Source: Gekko japonicus (taxonomy: Eukaryota). Taken from it: a DNA stretch of 64,000 nucleotides. Positions within the stretch are counted from its first letter, which is position 1; every line of letters begins with the position of its first letter. The translations under genes and the position numbers were made by a program. A model generated the notes under the pieces. The model saw only the letters and a list, made by a program, of their open reading frames with translations. It made no database searches and had not been told where the DNA came from. Location: positions 1 through 64,000 of the forward strand of contig NW_015163194.1 of assembly GCF_001447785.1 (NCBI RefSeq), in the 5' to 3' direction. This document shows positions 11,889 through 24,653 of this stretch, piece by piece.

Positions 11889-14812
11889 GCCTTTAAATTC
11901 TTAGTTGTTTTAATGGTCACTATTGGTGTTTTATACTTTTGTTTATTAATTATTAATTTATTTCACTTTCTTTTCTTTATTTTCCCAGCTGTCTCTATGT
12001 TTATGTGTTCTGTTTTACGTTTCCACCCCTTTAAATCCGCCTCATTCTACTATCCTGCAAACTTTCCCCTTTGTCTTCTCTTTTGCTTTCCAATTCAAGT
12101 TCTCCCTGCTACAAGTCACTTTCTATGATTGATTTTTCCCTCTCTGCTTTAGCACTATGCCTACAAGCCTCTAATGTCCACTTTAAATTTTAAAGTCCTG
12201 CTTTCTTCCCTTTCTGTCTTTTACTTTGGAGTTACGTTATTTCCGTCTGTTTCCGTCTGTTTCTTTTCTATTTTTACGCAAAAGCCGCTTGTTATGCCCT
12301 CCAGTCACTGATGGACGCAAACGACGCTTCTCCTTGACGCAAACGATGTTCCCCAATCCCTGCTTGTGTTTCTCATTCCTCCGCGACGTCACTCGGCTCC
12401 CCGGTCTCGCCGACGCACAGCTCCTCCTTCTCCTGGCTGAGATCTCCTTTTGGGCCACTTCTCGCCGCTCGTGCTGCCTCGTCCCTTGGTTCTTTTAAAG
12501 AAACACAAACCAACAGCTGTATGTAATCTAATTTGAGTCCCGAATTATTTATTATTTATTATTTTGTTCTCCCTGTATTTTCCCCCCTCTGTCTTTAATT
12601 CCGCGCTCTTCCCCTCACTTCCCAATCCCTTTGTGGATACTTTACAATAGCCCTTTTAGTTCCTAACTTCTTTCCAGCTTCACCCCCACCTTCTGCGTTT
12701 TTGCTTGGTCAACTATTCCCTTTACTTTAAACTTTACTCCTTTGTTTGGATAATTTGCAAGTTTAATAAGGTACTTAGCTTCGGCTTTTGTTCCCCAGCT
12801 TTCTTTTGTCCCCCTTTTGGCTTTCTCGTATCTCCGCTATACCAGATGGACGATTCTTCTCGCCGCCCTTGCTCCTTACACCTCCTTGCCTCGGGACAGC
12901 TTCCCGTACTCCAAGAGTGTTGCCACTTCTCTCAGTGAAAGCCCAAGTCCCTTGCTAAAGTCCTTTCTTCACGTAAGAACTTTGGTTGGTATTGGAACCT
13001 TAATTTGAGGTGAAGGAGAGGTTGGACACTCAGAGCTCAAACCTCTGCATCCTCCTTCGTCAAAACCGGAAACCGCTCATGATTTTAGTATTCTTAAATA
13101 AGGAAAAATCAAACTAAACTCTCCTTTTTAAGTTTAAAAATACTTTAACATATAAATATTGTTATTGAAATCTATAAGCGATATACCTGCCTTTTAGCAG
13201 CTTATTATTTTAAGGTAAAAAGGACTTTTTGTTTGCATAGAGAAATATCCACAAGCTAAACTGGTAAGGAATGTGATAACTGGCTGTCAAGATGATTAAC
13301 TGATGCGTTAAGTACAATTATACTTTCTGTAAAAAGAGATTTAAGCCTAAAAAACCCTTTTCCTTATTTGTTGTATGCTTTTTAAAGTTAAAAAATAACT
13401 TTCAATATTCTGTCTATACAAAGAATAACTGTTATGGTATAAGATATTTCTGAATGTCCATAAGAAAGGAAAGTTAGCTAAATTCTTAATTCTCTAATAA
13501 ATTTTGCTTAGCAAACTGCTAACAAGCAGAGAATGGGAACATGGCCAAGCAGGTGTGCAGTCATCTCAGAGGCAGCCAAGAATCAAAGATATTAATCATG
13601 GGTCCTGACAGTAGTTAAAAGGCCAATTAAGAATACAGAACTTATGTTATACGAGAAGGACCCCTACTGCCCAAGATAATATATTTTACAAAACCAGAAA
13701 CTTTAATTTAAATTTAAAATCTTTATAAAATTCTGAAAAAATCTTCTGATGTGATGTATCAAAATGAAGAATAATAGGTGAATTCAAGGTATTTATAAAA
13801 GCTTTATGCCATAGGCCACTTTGGAACATTAGAAAATACATGTAAAGGGTTTAATTCTTTGGAATATCATTATAACCTTGTACTTTTCTATATTTTAATA
13901 TACTTTTAATAAAAATAGGACACAAATTGCTATTAAGAGTGTTTTCATACACAAATATGCATGTATTAATGTAGAGAAACTATTTTTGTAATGGGAACAG
14001 TTAGATTTTATACTGAGAATGAACTCAGCTTGAAAGTTCATTCAAAGGTACCAGTATGAGGAGACAGCCAAGAAGATGCATTAATCATTTTTAATGAGAT
14101 GAGCACCTGCATTGTATGGTTGAAACGTGGCCAGGTAGCCTCTTGTTTGTCAAATGTGCAATTAATGATTGGTTAGACAAAGAAACTCAAACTGAGCAGG
14201 GGCAAATGATGTCAAGAATGATGTAAAGTTGGGAGGAGCAAGAAAAGCGTATAAGTGAGATCCTGCTGTTACTCACTGGACATCTGAGCTGAATTTTTAG
14301 CTGCATGTTGTTCCTTATTCGAATAAAAACCTTTCTACCTTTTACTGCCTGGATATTTTCTCTCACTGTATGGGTTTCAACTGGCTAGCCACATGTCAAA
14401 GAACCTTAGCGCCCTCAGGGTATTGCCTTCATACCTGTGGGAAAGTGGTGAGGCTTAGCTGCAGTATACTTTCATTTCTCTTCCCTCTGGTTCATCACCC
14501 TATACATCATGTGGTTAGCAACACAGAAGGTTACATCACCTCTCAGGTTTCTGATTGGCTTAGCAGGCCTGAGGTCAACGAGAGACCCTCTCCATAAAGT
14601 TAGTTAGCATTTACCATTACTTGGCACAAAGTAATTACTTGGCAAAAAGTATGTCAGTGTTTACCCAGCTGAGCTTGTGGCATCCATCTTGAACTGCTTG
14701 CTCACGTGGGCTATGACCCTAGGTATCTCTGCAAGAGAGAGCTGCTTTGGATTGCTGAAACTACCAGCCTGAGATGAACCAACATTGGGTAACTTGGAAC
14801 CTTGCTCAAATG

Positions 14813-15216
14813 CAGGGGTCATTTCCTGCAGGAGTGCACAGGAGCGGAGTTCCGGCAGTAAAGAGCCCAGGGGGTGGGCACATGCAACAAGCCCCACCCC
14901 CTGCTCCCAGCAGCCCTCAAGAAGCAGCCAGGTAAGTTGTAGAGCTCCCCCCAGCCCCCCAGTCCAAAACAGTCCAGTGGCACCTTTAAGACCAAGTTTT
15001 ATTCAGGTACAAGCTCTCTCTCCTCTGTGAGGGCAGATCTGCACGTGCCCCCCCCAATAGCTAGCAATCAAAAACCGTCCAGTGGAGCCTGAGCGGTGGG
15101 TGTTTCCTTCTGACACACTTCCGGTGATGTCAGGGGGTGTGACATATGCAAATAAGTTATGCTAATGAGTTATGCTAATGAGCTCCTGCACCTCTTTTTC
15201 TACGAAATGACCCCTG
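14813..15216. mobile_element. hAT-type MITE
   Basis: TIR CAGGGGTCATTT / AAATGACCCCTG; perfect 8-bp TSD ctcaaatg. Confidence 0.88.
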
Positions 15217-15676
15217 CTCAAATGTAATAGCTAAGCTGGATAAGCATAGAAATTATTGTTTTATGTCCTTCACAGTCTTGGCTATTTTTTCTATTTTTTG
15301 GAACTAAAATAAAATAATTATACTTTTATCTTGTTGTGGATTTTTGCTTTCGCTGAACTCAAAGCCTTCTTTCAGAAGCCTTAGCCTTTTGACCATCTAC
15401 CTGGCAATTGATTTTGTTTTGGAAACTCCATCTGCAGTCCTACCTTGAAGGGCTGACTTTTCTTGTTAAGTCCCTGAAAGGCTGGGAGACTGGTCCTTTC
15501 GCTCCTGAGCTGTTGTGATAGACTGAAAGGACTGGTGGCACATACCAAGACTGGGGTGAGAGCAGTCTCTCTCTGGTATTCTTTAAACTTTGTTTCGGCA
15601 GCAGCTCCCCTTAACAAAAGTTCTTAGCCTGGGTTTGAATAAGGACTTTTGGCATGGGCCTTGCCAGCTGTGATGT

Positions 15677-15888
15677 GGAGCTGTGGCTCAGTGGTAGAGC
15701 ATCTGCTTGGCATGCTGAAGGTCCTAGGTTCAATCCTGGCATCTCCAGTTAAAAGATCAGGCAGCAGGTGACGTGGAAGACCTCTGCCTGAGGCTCTGGA
15801 GAGCTGCTACCAGTCCGAGTTGACAATACTGACTTTGATGAACAGACGGTCTGATTCAGTATACAGCCGCTTCATATATTCATGTGTG
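15677..15888 (+). mobile_element. tRNA-derived SINE (Squam2-like); other copies at ~33290-33447, 39410-39530, 54470-54665, 56890-57060, 60368-60567
   Basis: A box (TGGCTCAGTGG) and B box (GGTTCAATCC) followed by a non-tRNA body and a CR1-like tail. Confidence 0.75.
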
Positions 15889-15971
15889 AGCAAGAAGCAT
15901 ACCCTCAAGGAGTTCCAAGTGCTCCTTGGGGACCTGAATTTTGCTTGTACAGTGGTATCACCTGGTTGGAC

Positions 15972-16329
15972 TGTAATGTATTGAAAGTATTACATGAATT
16001 GTCTAATTCACCTCCCATGTTAAGCTTCGAGCCAACAAAGGCTCCTCAGTAGTGTTGGCCTATTGGTCGCTCTGCAACAGCGACCAATCAGAGCTGTGCC
16101 TGTTCCCTGCGAGGGAAAGACTCTCATTGGACCTTATCCTTACAACCTCATTGGTTGTTAAATGTAAATAGGCGTGGCTATGTTAGCCCGGGAATGTTTA
16201 AAAGGAGCCTGGCTCCCCATGTTAGTTCGTTCTGGTTATGAACGCTTATAAGCGCTTGTTCGTTACTTCAATAAAGCTGATTCACTTGCTGAAGTCACTC
16301 TCTGACTCCTTGTTAGCGGCGATCTAACA
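15972..16329 (+). mobile_element. Solo LTR (~358 bp)
   Basis: TGTAA...TAACA termini, CCAAT/ATTGG boxes, TTTAAAA TATA-like site, AATAAA at ~16270, 5-bp TSD tggac/tggat. Confidence 0.7.
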
Positions 16330-16794
16330 TGGATCTTCTGTGCCCTCTTTGCAAGGACCACTGCAAGGGCTCCCTCCCCACACTACCACAGCAGGGTCAG
16401 GCAGCGCATGAAGGCCATCCTCCAGGTTTGGTGTCCATTTGGCAGTTACCCTCAGACTTGGGTCATTCTCTGGAAGTGCACTCGGATGCTCCTGGTGGAC
16501 GAAAGGAGCAGCAGAAAGGAGGAGTCCAGCAGCACCTTCAAGTCTCACAACACTGGTGGCAGGGGAGGAGCTTTTGTGAGTCACTGCTCACTTCTTCAGA
16601 TGTTTGGGAGTTTCCCCACAGGTAGTTGGTGCACTAGTCACCAGTGTCCCTCTCATCAGGCTGGGACTGACATTTTTAAGGGACCTCACTATTTTTGAGC
16701 TTTTCCACACCCTGGTCATGGTCACCATCCAGCAGGGCCTTTTCAGGAACAGGCATTCACTCTTTGGGCACAACAACTAAGCCGTGGTAAAGAT

Positions 16795-17000
16795 CAGTGT
16801 TCCCTCTAAGATGAGTTAGTGTGAGCCAACTCACCATTTTTTAGCCTCTGGCTCACACATTTTTGTCTTCGCTCAGAAAGGAGGGCTCCAGAGCAAACTA
16901 ATTTATGCAGCAGCCAAATCGCTGGCTCACAACTTTAATGCCAGTAGCTCACAAAGTAGAATTTTTGCTCACAAGACTCCACAACTTAGAGGGAGCATTG
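16795..17000. mobile_element. hAT-type MITE
   Basis: TIR CAGTGTTCCCTCTAAG / CTTAGAGGGAGCATTG; 8-bp TSD gtaaagat/gtcaggat (6 of 8 match). Confidence 0.75.
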
Positions 17001-17651
17001 GTCAGGATGATTCATCACCAGACCTTATTTTCTTTCTGAGTGGGTCCCATGGCAGGTAGACAGGTTTTTTTTGGCTTGCCCCTCTGCTGTCATCTCCTTT
17101 TTGGCCCGATACTTTGCAAATGCAGATAACATCTTGGAGAAAAAGTTCCGGGTTCTGGCCCCAGACCTGAACTTAGAGCTGCCAGACTCCCCCCTCCCCA
17201 TTGAGACAGGGGTCCACTGCTGCCATGCCCCACCTTGCCACTGCTAGTCAGCTGGCCAGCAGGAGGGAACTTACCCTAAAAAAGAGGGAGATCCATCTGA
17301 CACGCAGCAACATGTCTATGTCACTGAGGTCCCCTGAGAGTGACGTCATCACATCTGAGTAATTGGGTCGATGCTCTGGTATTGGGGCAAAAACTTTGGT
17401 AGATGCCAACTTAACCATAGATTTTTTTTGTCCAAATACCAGAGCATCATGCCGGCACCCTAGAGACAATGATGTCACTTCCGGTTCACCTGGGCAGTGA
17501 CGCGGAACACCCCCCTCCCCCGTAGAAAACAGAGATATAGTCTGAAGAAATAATGATTTAATAAGATGTCATTGTAAACATAATATATTAATTCTATGTC
17601 CTTGACTCCACAGCTGGGAGTTTAGTTTGTCTAGGATTCCTCCCCCCACTT

Positions 17652-18620
17652 TTATATTGTCATGCTTTTCCCCAGTAAGGACACCTTTCTTCTTCTCAAC
17701 CTGCCCAGAGCTTCCTTCACCTGATCATTCCTCAAGCAATAAATCATGGGGTTCAGAAAGGGTGTAATGGAAGTGTAGAAGAGTGTAACAGCTTTTGTGA
17801 CTTCTGCCTGATTTTCTCCTTCTGGGCAGATGTACATTCCTGCCACGGAGCCATAGAAAAGCGTCACCACGATTAGATGGAAGGATATGGTGGAGAAGGC
17901 CTTCCTACGACTGCCCTCGAAAGAGGGTTTCATGAGGGTGAGAATCACAGTGCCATAGGAGAGCACAACAAACAAGACATTGCTTAAGACAAAAGTGTTG
18001 ACAAACATCTGGCAGACAAGGGGAGTCACTCCTTGGGGTGTGCAGGCCAGGGACAGGATGGTCCCAGCATCACACAAAAAATGGTCAATGACGTTGGGGC
18101 CACAGAAGGACAACCTGGAGATCATAGTCACTGGAATGATGTAGGCCATGAATCCAAGACCCCAACAAGCAATCACCAGAGCAAAGCAGAAATCTGGGGA
18201 CATAATTTGTGAATAGCGCAGTGGGTGGCAGATGGCCAAGTACCGATCCAAGGCCATGGCTGAGAGGAAGAAATTTTCAGTGGCCCCAAAAGAAAATAAA
18301 AGGTAGAACTGGAGGAAACAGTCCCTGAAAGAGATGGTCCCTTGAGGAGATGCCAGATCAAAGATCAACCGAGGCATAGTGGTGCTCACATAACAGATCT
18401 CCAGCCAGGAGAAATTGCTCAGCAGGATGTACATGGAAAGGCGGGCCAAGTGGTTGTCCAGAACCACCAGTACAATGATGGTGAGGTTCTCAGCCAACGT
18501 GACTATGTAGAGAATGGCGAAAAAGATGAGGAGCAGGAACCGTTCCTGTTGGCTGACTCCAAATCCCAGCAAAATGAATTCCGTCACTGTGGTCCCATTG
18601 ACCATTTGGCTCAACTCCAT
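17652..18620 (-). CDS. Olfactory receptor, OR11-like, intact, 322 aa, close paralog of 3012..3980
   Basis: Same motifs, with about 26 aa differences from the 3012..3980 gene. The conserved PMY is changed to SMY. Confidence 0.93.
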   Translation of the reverse strand: MELSQMVNGTTVTEFILLGFGVSQQERFLLLIFFAILYIVTLAENLTIIVLVVLDNHLARLSMYILLSNFSWLEICYVSTTMPRLIFDLASPQGTISFRDCFLQFYLLFSFGATENFFLSAMALDRYLAICHPLRYSQIMSPDFCFALVIACWGLGFMAYIIPVTMISRLSFCGPNVIDHFLCDAGTILSLACTPQGVTPLVCQMFVNTFVLSNVLFVVLSYGTVILTLMKPSFEGSRRKAFSTISFHLIVVTLFYGSVAGMYICPEGENQAEVTKAVTLFYTSITPFLNPMIYCLRNDQVKEALGRLRRRKVSLLGKSMTI

Positions 18621-20546
18621 CTGGAATCAGATGACAGAGTCATCATCACATAGCAGAAGCAGATATTGTCTTNNNNNNNNNNNNNNNNNNNNGGCTTCCG
18701 ATCTGCTTGTCCTAAAATGTTAAAGGGGACCCTTCAGCAGGTCTCCCATCACATTGTGTTTTGACATCCCATGTAGCCCCGCACCTTTTCCTGCCTAAAG
18801 CAAGGATGACTGCAAAATACAAGGGGTAGCAGTATGACAATATCAAAACATGAAAGAAATACTGCAATAGTGCATATAATGAAAAAATGCTGTGATGCGA
18901 TGTCTGATCACTTCATGATGTTTTAATCTTTTCACAAACAGGATGCCAACAGATGGTCAATGAAGGACGAACTTCCCCAGAGCTACCGTTCGTTTCGAAC
19001 TTTCTTTTTCACACAACGGTCTCAGTTCTGAATCCATACATCACGAGACCTTAACAATGAACTCTTTTTCAGTTCAATCAGAATTTCAAGAGCTCTTGGC
19101 AACAAAATAATAATAAGTCTGGTCTTGTTTTTATTCTGTAAACCACTCTAAACACAGATGCTACTAAACCACGAAGTGTAGAACTTAGCTGTGACAAAAG
19201 CACTTTGAATATAGCCAGGATTCTGCCCTCACTTGTTCACTTGTTCACTGTTTCTGTTTTTCTTCCTTGCTGCTAGGTGCCGACATGATGCCAATTTAAA
19301 TAATGCAGAACCAATTCACTGTAAAAGATTTTTTTAAAAAAGATAAAAGTCAAATGCGAGCTATGGAATCTACCTCACCCAAAACCCCATGCATATGCAT
19401 TTTCCATTTTTACCAGAAGAATTTTTTCTCCTTGCTCAGTTTAAGATGGTTTAGGTTGCAATTTCTCTCTTGGCATACTTTATCTGATCTAAATAGACAG
19501 AACAACAGATAAATATTTATTTTACTTACTTAATTTATACCCTGCAACTCTCCCCGATGGGAACCCAGAGTAGCTTACATCATTCTCCTCTCCATTTTTT
19601 CTTCTCAACAATACTGTGAGGTAGGTTAGGCTGAGATTGTCTGTCTCACCCAAGGTTACCTGGCAAGCTTCCACGGAACAGCGGGGATTCAAACCTGGGT
19701 GTCCCAAATCCTCGTACAGTACTGTACGAACTACGCCACAGCAGCCCTCAAATAATGGTATCAATATTTGACTTCTTTACCTCACTCAGAACTTTAGTCC
19801 CTTTGCTTCCAGGGCCACTCCAAACAGGAAGTGTTATCTTAGGAGAGTGACTGCTGGTCCGGTGTGCTTACAGAAGTCATTTTCCCTCAGGAGTTCAGCT
19901 GGTGAGTTTAGACACATGCCCAGCTAGAGGGAGACCCACACCGAAAACTGAGTATTCCTCTCATACGTGGTCTCAAGAACTCACAGCTGCTGCTTTCCCC
20001 CTCAAACACTAACACTTCAGTCTAGTTTTAAGGAAGCATATTTGACAGAAGAAAGCTTGAGGAGTAATTCCTCACTTATGAGAGATGCCAGCCTCCAGGT
20101 GGGGCCTGGGGATCCCCCAGAATTACAGCTCATCTCCAGACTACTGAGATCAGTTCCCCTGGAGAAAATGGATGCTTTGGAGGGTGGACTCTATGGCCTT
20201 GTACCCCACTGAGGTCCCTGTCCTCCCCAGGCTCCATTCCCAAATTTCTGGGAGTTTCCCAACCTGGAGCTGGCAACCCTAGAACCCCACCCACCGGTGG
20301 CTAGGGGAATCTGGCAATCCTACCTATAATTCAGCAGGCACAACAACAAACTTGGAGGGACTGCCAAATAATGCCCTCCGTCATGTGTGCCTGAGTGTGC
20401 ATGGGAAGGGATTCTGGAATGGTTATTAACATTCTCTAATAAATGCAATATTTTGGTCATGTTCATAAGCTCAAGGGCTTGGGCAAAATCCAGTGTTTGA
20501 CGCGTCAGAGTGGAGAAATCTAGCTGATCAAAATCTTTGTTTAATT

Positions 20547-21070
20547 ACCTTTAAAAAAGAACCAGAAATTCTACTCTTAGGACTTAAAATGGAAGAAGTA
20601 AATGTAACAAAAAAGACTATGCTTTGGTACCTGATAATGACGGCAAGAATGGTGTATGCACAATGTTGGAAGCAAGAGAGAACACCAGAAATAGAAAAAT
20701 GGATACGTAAAATACTGTTTATGGCAGAGATGGACAAAATTACGAGAAAACTGAACAACAAAGAAGACCAAGAATTTTTTGAAGAATGGAATGACTTTAA
20801 AGATTATTTAGAGAAAAACTGGGATGTAAAACAAAATTTACTATGTTTAGAACAATATTGAGGTAAATTGAATGTTATCTTGAATGTACTGGAGGGACGA
20901 AGGGAGAAGCATTGCGGGAAGCCAATTTGAGGGGAAGGGAGGAGTGGGAATATGGGTATTGGTTAACTGAGGAAATGTTGAACATGTGGTTATATCCAAA
21001 AATAAAAGTTTTTAACCAGGAAAAAATGTTGAACGTGGTTATATTCAAAAATAAAAGTTTTTAACCAAAA
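20547..21070 (+). mobile_element. 5'-truncated L1 with 17-bp target-site duplication
   Basis: ORF2 C-terminus (EMDKITRKL..FFEEW); ~46-bp tail unit repeated twice with AATAAA; TSD aaaatctttgtttaatt at 20530..20546 and 21071..21087. Confidence 0.85.
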
Positions 21071-21902
21071 AAAATCTTTGTTTAATTGTCAGACTCATTT
21101 TACAAGACTTCCTCCTCTGTGGGTCTCTCTAGCTGTTAGCTTATCGTATTGCATTCCATCCCGCTTTGGGTCCTACCTCAGCCTCCTCTGCCCCAGTAAG
21201 AGATCCCATTTCTGGTCACAGCCAAACTGCTGATCCATCCAAATGAAGTCTGGGAGGAAGGAGACACCTTGCTTCCCAACTTGGAAGCTCAGCACCACAG
21301 ATTTGTGCAGTATGCTCCTAGTAGCATTAGGGATGTGCATTCGGTTTGTCCGAACTGAATGCACCCCCGAAAATGGCCCATTCGGACACTTTTTGGGCTG
21401 CTGCAGGCCGATTCAGATTCTCTGATCTGAATCGGCTTGCCGCCGAATTTCAGCGGCAATTCGGCCCCATTATATCCTATGGGCCATTGAAGTCAATGGT
21501 GAAAACATAGGGTATATTCTGGGGGCTGGAGGGAAGAGGGTTTGAGGGAGAGGCTCCAAACTCGCAGGGTAGCTGCTGGAGCCTCTCCCCAAGATACCAA
21601 CCAAGATAGAAGAACATTGGACCAGGGGGTCCAATTCTACAGGCCCCCAAACAGGTTGCTCTTATCCCCTCCATTGTTCTCTATGGTGGGGGGAAAGTAC
21701 GGTAACTTCAAGAGGGACATGAAGTACCCACCGAAAGCAGCTAAATGTGTACTTGATGAAACCTTACTCACATACAGAATCAGAGATCTGAATTAGAATA
21801 GAGCATATGAGGAGCGACCATGTGAAACCCACTTCATTATGCAGTAATAAATGACCATAATCCTCCCAGTAGAAAAGATAACAGTGACTCACGAAAGCTC
21901 TT

Positions 21903-22251
21903 AGGTAAAGGTAAAGGTTCCCTTGCTCGAAAGCCAGTCGAATCTGACTCTAGGGTTGTGGTGCTCATCTCCGTTTCCAAGCCGAAGAGCCAGAGCTCCG
22001 AAGACGTTTCTGTGGTCATGTGGCCGGCATGACTAAACACCAAGGCGCACGGAACGCTGTTACCTTCCCACCGAAGTGGTCCCTATTTATCTACTTGCAA
22101 TGTCTTGCTTTCGAACTGCTAGGTTGGCAGGAGCTGGAACTAGAGATGGGAGCTCACTCCATCATGCGGCACCCGGGTCTCGAACTGCTGAACTACCGAC
22201 CTTCCACAGCCTGCAGTTCAGCGTCTTAACTACTTGAGCCAACGCAGCTCC
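21903..22251 (-). mobile_element. Sauria SINE nested in a short Penelope fragment (21871..22357, TSD ataatcctcccagt)
   Basis: Same family as 46103. It is flanked by ctcacgaaagctc and cagactaacacggctac, which are typical Penelope termini. Confidence 0.82.
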
Positions 22252-22713
22252 AAATGTTGTGAGTCTGTAAGCAGGTGCTGGACTATTACTCTTTTCTATT
22301 GCTACAGACAGACTAACACGGCTACCCATCTTGATCTATAATGTATCATCTTGGTCTATAATCCTCCCAGTCATTGTTTTGTGTTTGCATAGGGATTCCC
22401 TGCGGCCAAATCCCTTATTAGGAAATAGCTACCAAGGATGCTCCCGTAATACTGAGAGCCAGCATGGTGGAGCAGATTGAGAGTAGTCACACTTGGGTCT
22501 GAGAACCCATGTTTGGAAGCCCACTCTCGCCATGGTAGCTTGCTGGAGGACCTTGGGTCAGTCACACGCTCTCAGCCTAATGTTTTGGTCCTGTAACACT
22601 GTAGTAACCTATAAGGGTGCTGTTTAGAGCTAGGGAGACCTTGCCCAACACTGAAACAATAGAAAGCATTACCTTGTAAGGAACTGAAAAAGGATTCTCA
22701 GCAGTGGTTCTTT

Positions 22714-22774
22714 GTTCCTGAGGAAGGACCAGAGGTCTGAAACACTGAAAAATTACCTGGGAAAAGTGTTGGAC
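22714..22774 (+). ncRNA. Type I hammerhead ribozyme motif
   Basis: Stem I GTTC/GGAC, core CTGAGGA plus an extra A, stem II GGACC-aga-GGTCT, GAAA, stem III ACACT/AGTGT, triplet GTT. Confidence 0.7.
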
Positions 22775-23807
22775 TTTCTATATATAATTCTGTATATGTA
22801 CTCTTTGGCCTCTGTATTTTCCTATGATGGATTGTGTGGGCCTATTGACTTCATATAATAGATACACTTTAAATGAAGTCTCCGTTATGAATACATTGTG
22901 GGAAATATAGCACACAGTTGTTTTGCTAGTTCTGTGTCACTTTTTACCGTGTGCTGTACCTTTGTTGTTGTAACTTGAATACATGCATTACTGGGTCACA
23001 GTAAAGCCCTCTTATACTGCAATGATTTGTGCTGATCTAATTGTCCAGCAGGAATTTGTGGATGTGCACACTGTATTCTCCCTTCTGCCCACCCTTCGCT
23101 TAGAATGGCTAGTTATATAACTAGAAATAGCACTGTATGGCTGTCTTTCTGAAACAATAGTTTTTATGGTTTGGTAGGAAACACCCCAACCCAGATCATT
23201 CGGACGAGCCTTTTTAGACAGCACTGTATCAAAACTAGTCTTCTGCGGCCCTGTTCACACGAGAGGTTTTGGGCCGAGAGAGGGACGGATCGGGGCCGCA
23301 GCAAATGGACGCGATCCCACAGCAACATCTGGGAATCGTGCTGCACCCGTTCCCAGCCCGTTCCCAATCCGCCCCTCCCGGCCAAACCCCGCTGCAAAAA
23401 AGAACCACCTACCTAGGTGGTTCTTTCCGAAAGGCCGCATCACTGCCGGCCGTGGGATCGCCGGCGCGTCCCCTCCCAATTGTCTCTTCCTCCCCAGCAT
23501 CTGATTGTGCCGGGGAGCAATGGCGCCGCGGCTCAGGGGATCGTGGGATCCTGCCGAGGCGTCTCTTTTTTGGTGTGGCTTTTAAAAGCCGCACTTTGGC
23601 CAGTGTTTTCCCTGCCATGTGGCAGGGACCTGAGAAGGACTTCTCAGTCTCTTTTTGTTTCTATGTACCTTGGTAATGCTCAGGCATTTAGCTGGGACTC
23701 AAGTTGGTGTTGGTGGTGAAGATAGAAGCAATTTCCCTGTAGGCTGATGATGGGAAGGCTAGTTGTATGTTCTCTGTGGAGTACGATTCCGTTTTTAAAA
23801 GATTAAC

Positions 23808-23940
23808 CGGAGCTTTTTTTCTGGAAAGGAACGACTCCTAGGACCTTATTTACAATGTGTGTGTCCCCCTCCTTTTTTAATGTCAAAACAAGATCTCTTC
23901 AGAAACTAATTGCCTCATTTGGGAAAAGCAATAATTTACA
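23808..23940 (-). promoter_or_regulatory. Putative OR promoter module for 17652..18620
   Basis: AACAAGATCTCTTCAGAAACTAATTGCCTCATTTGGGAAAAGCAATAATTTACA; candidate donor AG|GTACAT at 23667-23668. Confidence 0.6.
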
Positions 23941-24653
23941 TGATGTTTATTTTCCCCCCGCCATGTAATGAGGCCTTCAAGTTGCCCGGCTGAAATTATT
24001 TGACTTCTGCTGTCGGAATTAGTTGGGCAGGATTCCGTTTTTCATTCCTAGTTTCACTGAACTTGACCACTCATGGTTGCCATCCTCCAGGCGGGGCCTG
24101 GAGGTCTTCCACAATTACAACCAATCCCCAGACTACAGAGGTCAGTTTCCCTGGAGAAAATGGCCGCCTTCAAGGATGGACTGTAGGACATTGCACTAAA
24201 GTCCCTCCCCTCTCCAAACCCTGCCTTCCCCAGGCTCCAGTTCCAAATCAACAGGAGTTTCCCAAACCAAAGCTGGCAACCCTATGACTTGTTTCTGGAT
24301 ATTATTTCTTACTTATGAGATTGACTTGGAGATTTATACTGAGTATCCAGTATTTGAATGGTGTAGTTGTGGAAGTGTTGGTCTAAAATGGGATCGGAGC
24401 TAGTCTGGGTTATTAGGGCTGCTACTTGCCTCTTCGACTCCTCACCATTCTCTTACCCTTTCCCTTCTTTCACTTCCCTCTCAGTTGCCTCCTCCACATA
24501 ATGCCAGCTGGGTGACCTTGGGTCAGTCACAGCTCTCAGAGCTCTCTCAGCCGCCAAATAAGCCTAGCTTGCCACCTAGCAGTGCATAATGCTAAAAGAG
24601 TTGGAGCCTAAGGCTGCCAGACAATCTTCGGATCTCCTGGCTATACTACACAC

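Larger units (their letters stand above)
7051..13076 (-). mobile_element. Near full-length LINE-1 (L1 clade), disrupted by stops and frameshifts; 3' end lies in the N gap
   Basis: About 1.2 kb of 5' UTR with a CpG-rich patch at ~12280-12490, followed by ORF1 (11888..10802) and ORF2 (from 10797). Confidence 0.92.
1..24080. repeat. Older segmental duplication: ~1-6300 versus ~17130-24080
   Basis: Homologous blocks at 10-440/17135-17500, 2880-4110/17525-18770, 4850-5150/19790-20075 and 5620-6300/22980-24070, separated by unit-specific TE insertions. Confidence 0.85.

Noticed and set aside
13987-14378. Second solo LTR
   Set aside because: I could not find matching termini with a TSD, so it is kept only as a low-interest finding.
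15677-15750. tRNA-like sequences with A and B boxes (also ~46105 and ~60370)
   Set aside because: These are SINE heads that run on into a SINE body and tail, not tRNA genes.
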